Shown one piece after another: positions 14,040 through 25,222 of a stretch of 64,000 nt of DNA. The stretch lies in the NCBI GenBank assembly GCA_002269645.1, contig NIVC01001830.1:169064-233063 (forward strand), given 5' to 3'. How positions within the stretch are numbered: the stretch's first letter is position 1; the number at the start of each line of letters is the position of its first letter. A program made the translations under genes and the position numbers. Source of the stretch: Macrostomum lignano. Lineage: Eukaryota. Under the pieces are notes generated by a model that was not told where the DNA came from, did not search any database, and was given only the letters and a program-made list of their open reading frames with translations.

Positions 14040-14256
14040 AATGCATAATGCCAATGCTTTGTCCCCCGGTCCCCCCACCTAACCTCATAATGACCTGTTA
14101 TGAAATTCAATAATTTTGCTTCAGGGTGCCAAAATGAGTGCCTGCGGCGCCAAAATGAGCGCTGACAACATCGATTCAGAAAATAATGTACATGTACATG
14201 TAGAATTCTTGGCTTTGCCCCCGGCCCCCACCATAAAATACATGGCGACACCCTTG
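14040..14256 (-). mobile_element. Inverted partial copy of the 15158-15461 MITE family
   Basis: Reverse-complement matches GGGGACAAAGCATTGGCAT, CATTTTGGCGCCGCAGGCACTC and AAGAATTC.ACATGTACATG; ends TGGCGACACCCTTG. Confidence 0.6.
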
Positions 14257-14324
14257 ACATGATGTATATTGTATATATTAGATAATCTAATCTAATATAT
14301 GTTATACATAATAGAATGCATATA

Positions 14325-14619
14325 CATACATGCGCAACCTCTAAAATTCGGTCGGCCATGCGACTTCGTTTTAACAAAAATATGCGACGTAGTTTTTGGC
14401 CAAAAATGCGACTTACAAGTAAAAAAACCCTAGCATAAAGCAAAATTAACGCTACTTTGGGTAAACGGCAGGAGTAACTATAACTGTCTTATTGAGTCAA
14501 AATGCCTTGTCAGCTACTTAGTACTACTACTTGGGTATTTTTCGGGTGGGCATTTTTGCGACTTCCTTGTTTGGCCGCGAAATCGGTCGGCCGGATCGGC
14601 CGACTGTTGTACATGTATG
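14325..14619. mobile_element. MITE (hAT/P-like) carrying a 28S rRNA-derived segment, copy 1
   Basis: TIR CATACATGCGCAAC / GTTGTACATGTATG (2 mismatches); exact 8-bp TSD TGCATATA; repeated TGCGACT subterminal motifs. Confidence 0.88.
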
Positions 14620-15157
14620 TGCATATATTACAATATTACGTTACCATATGAGCTAACTGTATGCGTTATAAAAATGTCATTCGCAGCGTTATTATAACAT
14701 AAAAATGTTATGACAAGGATATGGTACTGGAAAATATCAATCCGGGATTGCTAGATTACGGGATTTTGTGACCCCTATTCGCTTCCCCAGTCCCCTTGTA
14801 GCTGGTGAGGCGATGATTTCCTTTTCCCTTTTCCCTTTTCAAAAAAGGTCCTCAACACCCCCTGGCCCCTCGCCCTCGTTTGCTCAGTATGGCGCCGCTC
14901 TAGTGTATATTATGGCGTGTTGGCGTCCCTCAAGTGTGTATTATGGACCTCTTCTAGCTAGGCTCTAGGCTGTGTAGTGTCTCTTCTCAGCTCTCTTTTT
15001 CCTTATCTCATGAGGCTCATCACCCATCTTTCCTCACTCTTCGCTCTTCTATTTTAAATATTTTCTCTATTCCCTCTGGTCTCTGGCCCGCAGGCGCAGT
15101 CTGTTATCTGGCCGGCCCTTAAGTTAAAAAGGGTGCCAATGCCAACCCGGTTACTTC

Positions 15158-15461
15158 CAGGGGCGTCGCCATGGATTGGTGGGGGACAAAGTCAAGAATT
15201 CAACATGTACATGACTAAATTTTGGCACTCATTTTGGCGCCGCAGGCACTCCTTTTGGCGCTGCAGGCATTCCTTTTAGCGCCGCAGGTACTCTTTTTGG
15301 CACCGAAGGCGATTACCACAACGACTCACAAAGTGGGGTGGAGGGGACAAAGCATTGGCATGTCCCCCCCAAAGCTTTTACTGGGGGGCATGTCCCCCTC
15401 AAAGCTTTTACTGGGGGACATGTCCCCCTGTTCCCCCCCCCCTCCGGTGGCGACGCGCCTG
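15158..15461 (+). mobile_element. MITE with CAGGGGCGTCGCCA-type TIRs
   Basis: CAGGGGCGTCGCCA ... TGGCGACGCGCCTG; internal short tandem repeats; no clear TSD. Confidence 0.65.
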
Positions 15462-16904
15462 GAACTTACTTCTGTCTGTTGTAAGTTGTAACGACAAAGG
15501 TTTAAAATTAAATTAGTAGGGGAAATGAGCATTGAGTCCTAAATAACATAAAACCCCTTTATTTCAGTTCAGCTAATTTTGTGTTTCAGTGTCCTCTCAG
15601 TCAAGCGTAAAGCGTTACGGTTCCTGAAGATTGATATTGAGATTGAGAATGGGAGGAGAATCATATTATTGGACTTAAAAAGGCTGTGCTTGGTTTGGCG
15701 CTGTTGACTCACTCTGGCACTCACCCTTTAAGTTCCTCCAACTAACTCGACACACTAATTCATCCCTCCAAATCCAGGCTAAAGGCAAGCCAAGCCTACT
15801 TTCCCTACATCAGTTCGTAAACGATGGATAGACACTGCCATGGATGGGTTTGGGTGACGGGGCCCGTGTTATGTGCGGAGTGGGGAGCGGGAGCGCGTCT
15901 CCTTCGCGTTTAGTAAAACCCCCAAGCTTAAGTTAGGCCAAGACTTCTGAGCCAAACCCTCACCCCCCAATGGCCAGTCAATCCGGTGTACGCAACCCCC
16001 CATCCCGTCCCCCCAAAACTAAAGAGTGTACACACACAGACAGGACCCCTTCCGTGGGGAGGGGGGATAAACGGGGTTTGTGCATTTACGATTCCAGAAT
16101 TCGTGCAAACTCAATGGCCTGGCCTCTTTCTCCCCCCTCTGGCGCTCGTTCTGCCTTCCCAAACACATTCTATCATAGATTGGGATTTAGGATTCAGTGT
16201 TTGGATGGAAGCGGGAAGAGAGACAGAGAGAAGGAAAGCAAAAGACCAGGGGTAGCGGGGATTCTGAAATCGGATTGGATGAAATTCGCTTTATGGGCAA
16301 AAGAATCCCTGACTGTGTGCCAGGCTGTCCACCTTTCCAATCTCGAACCCCAGTCCCGAAGTTTCTCTCATAGCCCCCCAAAGCCCACAACTCGAACTTG
16401 AACAAGGGTCCAACTCCTGAATCGATAGACCTTTCTTTATTTATAGTTCGATTCTTTAACTACCTAATGGAATAGAGTCTAGACCGAGCTGGAGAGAAGT
16501 TTAACCTTATACGGACTGATATTATATTATATACCGACATCACTAGTATATAAACCATGTCTGAATTTTCTTTACTATTGGCCAACAATGTCAATAGAAA
16601 TAATATTACTAAGTACGATTGTCGAAGTCAACAACAACTATCAGTGCAACAACCTGCGTATACTATTCAACAAATCACTCCTTGCCCGTTTGTCGGGCCT
16701 CAATTGGATGAGTCAGCGCTTCATTTCACTAACAGAGTGTGGATGATGCTGACTGAGGTAAAACTTTCTTTTATTCTTAATAAGAACATTGCTAATTGCA
16801 AAGCCATTGTTTCAGTTTCCAAGAATAAGATTCCAATCCAAATAACCGTATAATCCAAGGTCGAATTTTTGCATCCCGAAGGCAAAGTATGTCCCCCATT
16901 TCAA

Positions 16905-17415
16905 GCAGGCTTGGCGCCCCCTTTCCAGTATGCTTGGTGCCCCCTGCGCCTCCTTTCCAGTATGCTTGGCGCCCCCTGCGCCTCCTTTCCAGTATGCTTG
17001 GCGCCCCCTGCGCCCCCCTTTCCAGTATGCTTGGCGCCCCCTGCGCCCCCCTTTCCAGTATGCTTGGCGCCCCCTGCGCCTCCTTTCCAGTATGCTTGGC
17101 GCCCCCTGCGCCCCCCTTTCCAGTATGCTTGGCGCCCCCTGCGCTGCGCCCCCTTTCCAGTATGCTTGGCGCCCCCTGCGCCCCTTTCCAGTATGCTTTG
17201 CGCCCCCTTTCCAGTATGCTTGGCGCCCCCTGCGCCTCCTTACCAGTATGCTTGGCGCCCCCTGCGCTGCGCCCCCTTTCCAGTATGCTTGGCGCCCCCT
17301 GCGCCTCCTTTCCAGTATGCTTGGCGCCCCCTGCGCCCCCCTTTCCAGCAGGCTTGGCCCCCCCCCTTTCCAGCAGGCTTGGCCCCCCCCCCTTTCCAGC
17401 AGGCTTGGCTAGCGC
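16905..17415. repeat. ~31-33-bp GC-rich minisatellite (CCTTTCCAGTATGCTTGGCGCCCCCTGCG..)
   Basis: Tandem periodicity. Confidence 0.92.
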
Positions 17416-17604
17416 CCCAATGAAATGGCAGAAGCAATGCTGCGAAACTATAAACACGAATTATGAACTGTAAATTTATTAAAAACTCAAAAGTACTAAG
17501 TTAGATTTTAGTTCTTCAAGGAAACGAAATAACTTCTAGCATGCATTTACCCTTTAAATTTCAACTCGAGAGCTTCAAAATCCGTTTTTTCTGATCCCGG
17601 GGTT

Positions 17605-17876
17605 CATACATGCGCAACCCCCCTGATTTACACTGGCCATGCGACTGCGACTTACTTTTTGACCAAAAATGCGACTTACCTGGGAAGTCATCATACGGCA
17701 AAATTAACGACTTAGTACATCAAACGGCAGGAGTAACTATGACTGTCTCGTTAAGGCTAAATACCTCGTCATCTAGTTAGTAGTACCATTTGTATTTTGG
17801 GTGAGTATTTTTGCGACTTACTCCTGGTCTACCACAATTTACAGTGGCCAGGTTGGCCAGTAGTTGCGCATGTATG
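17605..17876. mobile_element. MITE carrying a 28S rRNA-derived segment, copy 2
   Basis: Perfect 14-bp TIR CATACATGCGCAAC / GTTGCGCATGTATG; exact 8-bp TSD CCGGGGTT; internally homologous to copy 1. Confidence 0.92.
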
Positions 17877-17884
17877 CCGGGGTT

Positions 17885-17925
17885 GAATCCCGGAATCACG
17901 AAAACCCGGGATCTTGCGATACCTA
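17885..17925 (-). mobile_element. Orphan terminal fragment of a TAGG..ATCCCGGG hAT-like family
   Basis: Reverse complement TAGGTATCGCAAGATCCCGGG resembles the TIR at 13629; partner end not found. Confidence 0.4.
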
Positions 17926-18049
17926 CTTGAAGTGACGTGACGACTAACAAGGACTTATTAACTAGCTCGAGCTTGGGAAGTTTTTGGCTTATGAAATGCC
18001 TCTTGATGACACGTAAAAATATTCATTTTTTCTACGCCGCCAATTGCAG

Positions 18050-18169
18050 CAACTTAACCAGACCCAGGCCCAGCAGCCTCAGTCGCAGGTCACGTCGGGC
18101 ACGGTTACGCCTGCATGTGCGCCAACTAGGTCCGGGTGCAGCAAGCCCAGTGCCGCATCCTCGCCAAAG
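18050..18169 (+). CDS. Rbfox: Rbfox/Fox-1 homolog, N-terminal exon (QLNQTQAQQPQSQ...SSPK)
   Basis: Acceptor AATTGCAG, donor AAG|GTAGGG, phase 0/0, Q/P/S-rich, in frame with the RRM exon at 22626. Confidence 0.65.
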
Positions 18170-18289
18170 GTAGGGGATTGGGATAAACAAGTTAGTTATT
18201 TATTGATTTCTTCGACGAAATGGATTCCCCTTTCTTCGCTCTACACTGCTGTGTTTTATTGATATCAGTCTCCCTCCCTGCCCTTTCTG

Positions 18290-21200
18290 CTTCCCCTCTA
18301 CTGAATCTCCCTACTTCCCTCTACTGAATCTCTACTTCCCTCTACTGAATCTCTACTTCCCCTCTACTGAATCTCTACTTCCCTCTACTGAATCTCTCTA
18401 CTTCCCTCTACTGAATCTCTACTTCCCCTCTACTGAATCTTCCTACTTCCCCTCTACTGAATCTCTCTACTTCCCTCTACTGAATCTCTACTTCCCTCTA
18501 CTGAATCTTCCTACTTCCCCTCTACTGAATCTCTCTACTTCCCTCTACTGAAAATCTCTACTTCCCTCTACTGAATCTTCCTACTTCCCCTCTACTGAAT
18601 CTCTCTACTTCCCTCCCTCTACTGAATCTCTCTACTTCCCTCTACTGAATCTCCCTACTTCCCCTCTACTGAATCTCCCTACTTCCCTGTTCCCTCTACT
18701 GAATCTCTCTACTTCCCCTCTACTGAATCTCTCTACTTCCCTCTACTGAATCTCTCTACTTCCCTCTACTGAATCTCTCTACTTCCCTCTACTGAATCTC
18801 CCTACTTCCCCTCTACTGAATCTCTCTACTTCCCTCTACTGAATCTCTCTACTTCCCTCTACTGAATCTCCCTACTTCCCCTCTACTGAATCTCTCTACT
18901 TCCCTCTACTGAATCTCCCTACTTCCCCTCTACTGAATCTCTCTACTTCCCTCTACTGAATCTTCCTACTTCCCCTCTACTGAATCTCTCTACTTCCCTC
19001 TACTGAATCTCCCTACTTCCCCTCTACTGAATCTCCCTACTTCCCTCTACTGAATCTCCCTACTTCCCTCTACTGAATCTCCCTACTTCCCTCTACTGAA
19101 TCTCTCTACTTCCCTCTACTGAATCTCCCTACTTCCCCTCTACTGAAACTCCCTACTTCCCTCTACTGAATCTCCCTACTTCCCCTCTACTGAATCTCTC
19201 TACTTCCCTCTACTGAATCTCTTTCCCCCTCCGCTGAATATCTACTTCCCCTCTTCTGAATCTCTACTTCCCCTCTACTGAATCTCTACTTCCCCTCTTC
19301 TGAATCTCTGCTTCCCCTCTTCTGAATCTCTCTACTTCCCTCTACTGAATCTCTCTACTTCCCTCTACTGAATCTCTACTTCCCCTCTACTGAATCTTTT
19401 TGCTTCCCCTCTTCTGAGTCTCTGCTTCCCCTCTTCTGAATCTCTGCTTCCCCTCTTCTGAATCTCTCTACTTCCCTCTACTGAATCTCTCTACTTCCCT
19501 CTACTGAATCTCTACTTCCCCTCTACTGAATCTTTTTACTTCCCTCTTCTGAGTCTCTGCTTCCCCTCTTCTGAATCTCTGCTTCCCCTCTTCTGAATCT
19601 CTGCTTCCCCTCTTCTGAATCTCTCTACTTCCCCCCTACTAAATCTCTACTTCCCCTCTACTGAATCTTTTTACTTCCCCTCTTCTGAGTCTCTGCTTCT
19701 CCTCTTCTGAATCTCTGCTTCCCCTCTTCTGAATCTCTACTTCCCCTCTTCTGAATCTCTGCTTCCCCTCTTCTGAATCTCTCTACTTCCCTCCACTGAA
19801 TCTCTCTACTTCCCTCTACTGAATCTCTACTTCCCCTCTTCTGAATCTCTGCTTCCCCTCTACTGAATCTCTACTTCCCTCTACTGAATCTCTACTTCCC
19901 CTCTACTGAATCTTTTTACTTCCCCTCTTCTGAGTCTCTGCTTCTCCTCTTCTGAATCTCTACTTCCCCTCTTCTGAATCTCTACTTCCCCTCTTCTGAA
20001 TCTCTGCTTCCCCTCTTCTGAATCTCTCTACTTCCCCCCACTGAATCTCTCTACTTCCCTCTACTGAATCTCTACTTCCCCCTACTGAATCTCTACTTCC
20101 TCTCTTCTGAATCTCTGTTTCCCCTCTTCTGAATCTCTGCTTCCCCTCTACTGAATCTCTCTACTTCCCTCTACTGAATCTCCCTACTTCCCCTCTACTG
20201 AATCTCCCTACTTCCCTGTTCCCTCTACTGAATCTCTCTACTTCCCCTCTACTGAATCTCTCTACTTCCCTCTACTGAATCTCCCTACTTCCCCTCTACT
20301 GAATCTCTCTACTTCCCTCTACTGAATCTCTCTACTTCCCTCTACTGAATCTCTCTACTTCCCTCTACTGAATCTCCCTACTTCCCCTCTACTGAATCTC
20401 CCTACTTCCCTCTACTGAATCTCTCTACTTCCCTCTACTGAATCTCTCTACTTCCCTCTACTGAATCTCCCTACTTCCCCTCTACTGAATCTCTCTACTT
20501 CCCTCTACTGAATCTCTCTACTTCCCTCTACTGAATCTCCCTACTTCCCCTCTACTGAATCTCTCTACTTCCCTCTACTGAATCTCCCTACTTCCCCTAT
20601 ACTGAATCTCTCTACTTCCCTCTACTGAATCTCCCTACTTCCCTCTACTGAATCTCTCTACTTCCCTCTACTGAATCTCCCTACTTCCCCTCTACTGAAA
20701 CTCCCTACTTCCCTCTACTGAATCTCCCTACTTCCCCTCTACTGAATCTCTCTACTTCCCTCTACTGAATCTCTTTCCCCCTCCGCTGAATATCTACTTC
20801 CCCTCTTCTGAATCTCTACTTCCCCTCTACTGAATCTCTACTTCCCCTCTTCTGAATCTCTGCTTCCCCTCTTCTGAATCTCTCTACTTCCCTCTACTGA
20901 ATCTCTCTACTTCCCTCTACTGAATCTCTACTTCCCCTCTACTGAATCTTTTTGCTTCCCCTCTTCTGAGTCTCTGCTTCCCCTCTTCTGAATCTCTGCT
21001 TCCCCTCTTCTGAATCTCTCTACTTCCCTCTACTGAATCTCTCTACTTCCCTCTACTGAATCTCTACTTCCCCTCTACTGAATCTTTTTACTTCCCCTCT
21101 TCTGAGTCTCTGCTTCCCCTCTTCTGAATCTCTGCTTCCCCTCTTCTGAATCTCTGCTTCCCCTCTTCTGAATCTCTACTTCCCCTCTTCTGAATCTCTG

Positions 21201-22430
21201 CTTCCCCTCTTCTGAATCTCTCTACTTCCCTCCACTGAATCTCTCTACTTCCCTCTACTGAATCTCTACTTCCCCCTACTGAATCTCTACTTCCTCTCTT
21301 CTGAATCTCTCTACTTCCCTCTACTGAATCTCTACTTCCCCTCTACTGAATCTCTCTACTTCCCCCTACTAAGTCTCTACTTCCCCTCTACTGAATCTCT
21401 CTACTTCCCCCTACTAAATCTCTACTTCCCCTCTACTGAATCTTTTTACTTCCCCTCTTCTGAGTCTCTGCTTCTCCTCTTCTGAATCTCTGCTTCCCCT
21501 CTTCTGAATCTCTACTTCCCCTCTTCTGAATCTCTGCTTCCCCTCTTCTGAATCTCTCTACTTCCCTCCACTGAATCTCTCTACTTCCCTCTACTGAATC
21601 TCTACTTCCCCTCTTCTGAATCTCTGCTTCCCCTCTACTGAATCTCTCTACTTCCCTCTACTGAATCTCTACTTCCCCTCTACTGAATCTTTTTACTTCC
21701 CCTCTTCTGAGTCTCTGCTTCTCCTCTTCTGAATCTCTACTTCCCCTCTTCTGAATCTCTACTTCCCCTCTTCTGAATCTCTGCTTCCCCTCTTCTGAAT
21801 CTCTCTACTTCCCCCACTGAATCTCTCTACTTCCCTCTACTGAATCTCTACTTCCCCCTACTGAATCTCTACTTCCTCTCTTCTGAATCTCTGTTTCCCC
21901 TCTTCTGAATCTCTGCTTCCCCTCTACTGAATCTCTCTACTTCCCTCTACTGAATCTCTACTTCCCCTCTACTGAATCTCTACTTCCCCTCTTCTGAATC
22001 TCTGCTTCCCCTCTTCTGAATCTCTGCTTCCCCTCTTCTGAATCTCTGCTTCCCTCTTCTGAATCTCTGCTTCCCCTCTTCTGAATCTCTACTTCCCTTT
22101 ACTGAATCTCTCTAATTCCCTCTACTGAATCTCTACTTCCCCTCTACTGAGTCTCTGCTTCCCCCTCCGCTGAATATCTACTTCCCCTCTTCTGAATCTC
22201 TGCTTCCCCTCTTCTGAATCTCTACTTCCCCTCTTCTGAATCTCTGTTTCCCCTCTTCTGAATCTCTGCTTCCCCTCTTCTGAATCTCTACTTCCCCTCT
22301 TCTGAATCTCTGTTTCCCCTCTTCTGAATCTCTACTTCCCCTCTTCTGAATCTCTGCTTCCCCTCTTCTGAATCTCTACTTCCCCTCTACTGAATCTCTT
22401 TACTTCCCTCTACTGAGTCTCTGCTTCCCC
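18290..22430. repeat. 4.1-kb intronic pyrimidine-rich minisatellite, 21-25-bp units (CTCTACTGAATCTCTCTACTTCC)
   Basis: Fills almost all of Rbfox intron 18170-22625. Confidence 0.97.
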
Positions 22431-22625
22431 CTCTCCCTCCTATATCTCTACCCACTCTCTATCCTCAGCTCTATTTTCTTCCCTCTCCTAAGTCCTCTCC
22501 TCCGCCGTTTCTCTCATCGGTCGTGTTTAAGATTATTCGAATTCTCCTCTAACACAAGATCGTGTTTTATAACTAAAATATCATGAAGCTATAATCGTAT
22601 TCGTATGCCCCGCCACGCCCGACAG

Positions 22626-22739
22626 GGACAGTCAACCAGCAACAGCAGCAACAGCAGCAGTAGCAGGAGCCAGAATCGACTGCACGTGAGCAACATACCG
22701 TTTAAATTCCGCGAGAGCGATCTTCGCCAAATGCTGGGG
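22626..22739 (+). CDS. Rbfox: Rbfox RRM exon 1 (..[21 protein letters not shown])
   Basis: Near-identity to the Fox-1 RNP2 segment [21 protein letters not shown]; acceptor GACAG|, donor |GTTAGT; boundary at the position known from vertebrate RBFOX genes. Confidence 0.93.
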
Positions 22740-22865
22740 GTTAGTTCCCATTATCTAACTATTAATAAACATAATTTATCGATTTCTAGAATTTCTACAA
22801 CTTAAAGAGAAATGATATATTAGAGCCACCGTTGAATTTTGCACGCCAAAATCCAATCATTTCAG

Positions 22866-22919
22866 CCATTCGGCGACATAGAGGATGTTGAAATCATCTA
22901 CAATGATCGCGGATCCAAG
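22866..22919 (+). CDS. Rbfox: Rbfox RRM exon 2 (PFGDIEDVEIIYNDRGSK), 54 nt
   Basis: Matches QFGKILDVEIIFNERGSK; TTTCAG| and |GTGAGA splice sites. Confidence 0.93.
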
Positions 22920-22969
22920 GTGAGATTGAGTCGCGGAGTTGTGTCATCATTGCTCTTGTCGCTTATCGC

Positions 22970-23500
22970 AACTCCGCCAAAGCCCAATCCTTCAGCGGAC
23001 CAGTGGTCCTATCCGCCAACCAAAGCCTAATGCTTCAGTGGACCAGTGGTCCTCTCCGCCAAATCCCAATGCTTCAGCGGACCAGTGGTCCTCTCCACCA
23101 AATCCCAATCCTTCAGCGGACCAGTGGTCCTATCCGCCAACCAAAGCCCAATGCTTCAGCGGACCAGTGGTCCTCTCCACCAAATCCCAATCCTTCAGCG
23201 GACCAGTGGTCCTATCCGCCAACCAAAGCCCAATGCTTCAGTGGACCAGTGGTCCTATCCGCCAACCAAAGCCCAATGCTTCAGCGGACCAGTGGTCCTA
23301 TCCGCCAACCAAAGCCCAATGCTTCAGTGGACCAGTGGTCCTATCCGCCAACCAAAGCCCAATGCTTCAGTGGACCAGTGGTCCTCTCCACCAAATCCCA
23401 ATCCTTCAGCGGACCAGTGGTCCTATCCGCCAACCAAAGCCCAATGCTTCAGCGGACCAGTGGTCCTATCCGCCAACCAAAGCCCAATGCTTCAGCGGAC
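22970..23500. repeat. 43-bp intronic minisatellite containing the palindrome GGACCAGTGGTCC
   Basis: Period of 43 measured (23221 to 23264). Confidence 0.93.
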
Positions 23501-23571
23501 TAGTCAACACAATAAAATCTGTAACAGACTCGAATGATGCAGCGACCCTCTCGCCCGAACCCCTATTCTAG

Positions 23572-23664
23572 GGATTTGGCTTTGTCACCTTTCTGAACAG
23601 CTGCGACGCAGATGAGGCCAGGGAGAAACTGAACGGTGTGGTGATTAACGGTCGCAGGATTGAG
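23572..23664 (+). CDS. Rbfox: Rbfox RRM exon 3 ([31 protein letters not shown]), 93 nt
   Basis: RNP1 GFGFVTF; same 93-nt length and boundaries as the vertebrate RBFOX RRM exon; TTCTAG| and |GTGAGC. Confidence 0.95.
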
Positions 23665-23757
23665 GTGAGCGTGCGTTCGAGTCGAGCTATGACTATTAAA
23701 TTTCAGGCTAAAAAGTTCGACGTGCCTACAATACCAAGTCTGAATTTTGATTTCCAG

Positions 23758-23821
23758 GTTAATTATGCAACTGCTAAACCCACCACTAGAAAGAAAGAGT
23801 CATCTGATACTCCGCTGAACG
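23758..23821 (+). CDS. Rbfox: Rbfox exon after the RRM ([21 protein letters not shown])
   Basis: Matches VNNATAR; TTCCAG| acceptor, phase-1 donor G|GTAGGA. Confidence 0.88.
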
Positions 23822-23876
23822 GTAGGACATTTTCTGAGTCATTTTGCTAATCTTTGTTCGGGATTATTGCAATCTC

Positions 23877-24783
23877 GAAATCCCATCTCTATTCCCATCC
23901 ATCGAAGTCTCATCTCTATTCCCATCCATCGAAGTCTCATCTCTATTCCCATCCATCGAAGTCTCATCTCTATTGCCATCCACCGAAATCCCATCTCTAT
24001 TCCCATCCACCGAAATCCCATCTCTATTCCTATCGACCGAAATCCCATCTCTATTCCCATGCACCGAAATCTCATCTCTATTCCTATCCACCGAAATCTC
24101 ATCTCTATTCCCATCCACCGAAATCTCATCTCTATTCCCATCCACCGAAATCCCTTTTCTATTCCCATCCACCGAAATCCCATCTTTATTCCCATGCACC
24201 GAAATCCCTTTTCTATTCCCATCCACCGAAATCCCATCTTTATTCCCATGCACCGAAATCCCATCTCTATTCCCATCCACCGAAATCTCATCTCTATTCC
24301 CATCCACCGAAATCCCTTTTCTATTCCCATCCACCGAAATCCCTTTTCTATTCCCATCCACCGAAATCCCATCTTTATTCCCATCCATCGAAATCCCATC
24401 ACTATTACCATCCACAGAAATCCCTTTTCTATTCCCATCCACCGAAATCCCTTTTCTATTCCCATCCACCGAAATCCCATCTTTATTCCCATCCATCGAA
24501 ATCCATCACTATTACCATCCACAGAAATCCCTTTTCTATTCCCATCCACCGAAATCCCATCTCTATTCCCATCCACCGAAATCCCTTTTCTATTCCCATC
24601 CACCAAAATCCCATCTTTATTCCCATCCATCGAAATTCCATCTTTATTCCCATCCACCGAAATCCCATCTCTATTCCCATCCACCGAAATCCCTTTTCTA
24701 TTCCCATCCACCGAAATCCCATCTTTATTCCCATCCATCGAAATCCCATCACTATTACCATGCACAGAAATCCCACCCACCGA
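23877..24783. repeat. 27-bp intronic minisatellite (GAAATCCCATCTCTATTCCCATCCACC)
   Basis: Tandem periodicity. Confidence 0.95.
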
Positions 24784-24896
24784 ACTCCTCACTGCTCTCA
24801 GCCACCGACATGCGGGGCTCATCTAACAAATAAATTATCCTACCAAATTGCAGGCGTGAACTTTCACAGTGCGGGGTAACCTGTTAACTTTGTCAG

Positions 24897-25222
24897 CTCA
24901 GCAGCAGATCCCGGCTCAACTGCTGATGCAGCATTACCATAGCAGCCCCTATCAGCAGCTGGCAGCTCAGCAGCAGCAGCAGCAGCAGCAGGTGTTCCAG
25001 TTCCAGGCTCTGCAGCACCAGATGCTTCCGCCGCCGTTGCCGCAGTCGATGCTGCAGCTGCCGCCGTCGCAGCCGCTGCCAGTCTACCTGGCCACAGGTG
25101 GTCAGGATCACCTGACTGCGGCTTACCTTGGCGCGGCCGCCGCTGCAGCTGGAGGCGCAGTTCACCAGCAGAGGTTCTTGCCGTTTATGCCCAGTTCTGA
25201 TGAGTCAGCCAGAGATTTCTGA
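24897..25222 (+). CDS. Rbfox: Rbfox C-terminal Q/P/A-rich exon (AQQQIPAQ...AAAAAAGGAVHQQRFLPF...DF*)
   Basis: Phase-1 acceptor TTTGTCAG| restores the frame; low-complexity Q/A-rich tail typical of Fox-1; RFLPF resembles the terminal RFxPY motif. Confidence 0.72.

Larger units (their letters stand above)
13629..14777. mobile_element. Non-autonomous hAT-like element carrying nested inserts
   Basis: TIRs TAGGGGTCACAATCCCG / CGGGATTTTGTGACCCCTA; exact 8-bp TSD TTCGCTTC (13621-13628, 14778-14785); subterminal AATCCCGG motifs. Confidence 0.85.

Noticed and set aside
14459-17781. Annotating the 28S-like segments as rRNA genes
   Set aside because: They are only ~60 nt, ~20% diverged and enclosed in TIR/TSD elements.
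22920-24896. Rbfox autoregulation through UGCAUG around the 93-nt exon
   Set aside because: No sense-strand TGCATG in the adjacent introns; only CATGCA (antisense) inside the 27-bp repeat.
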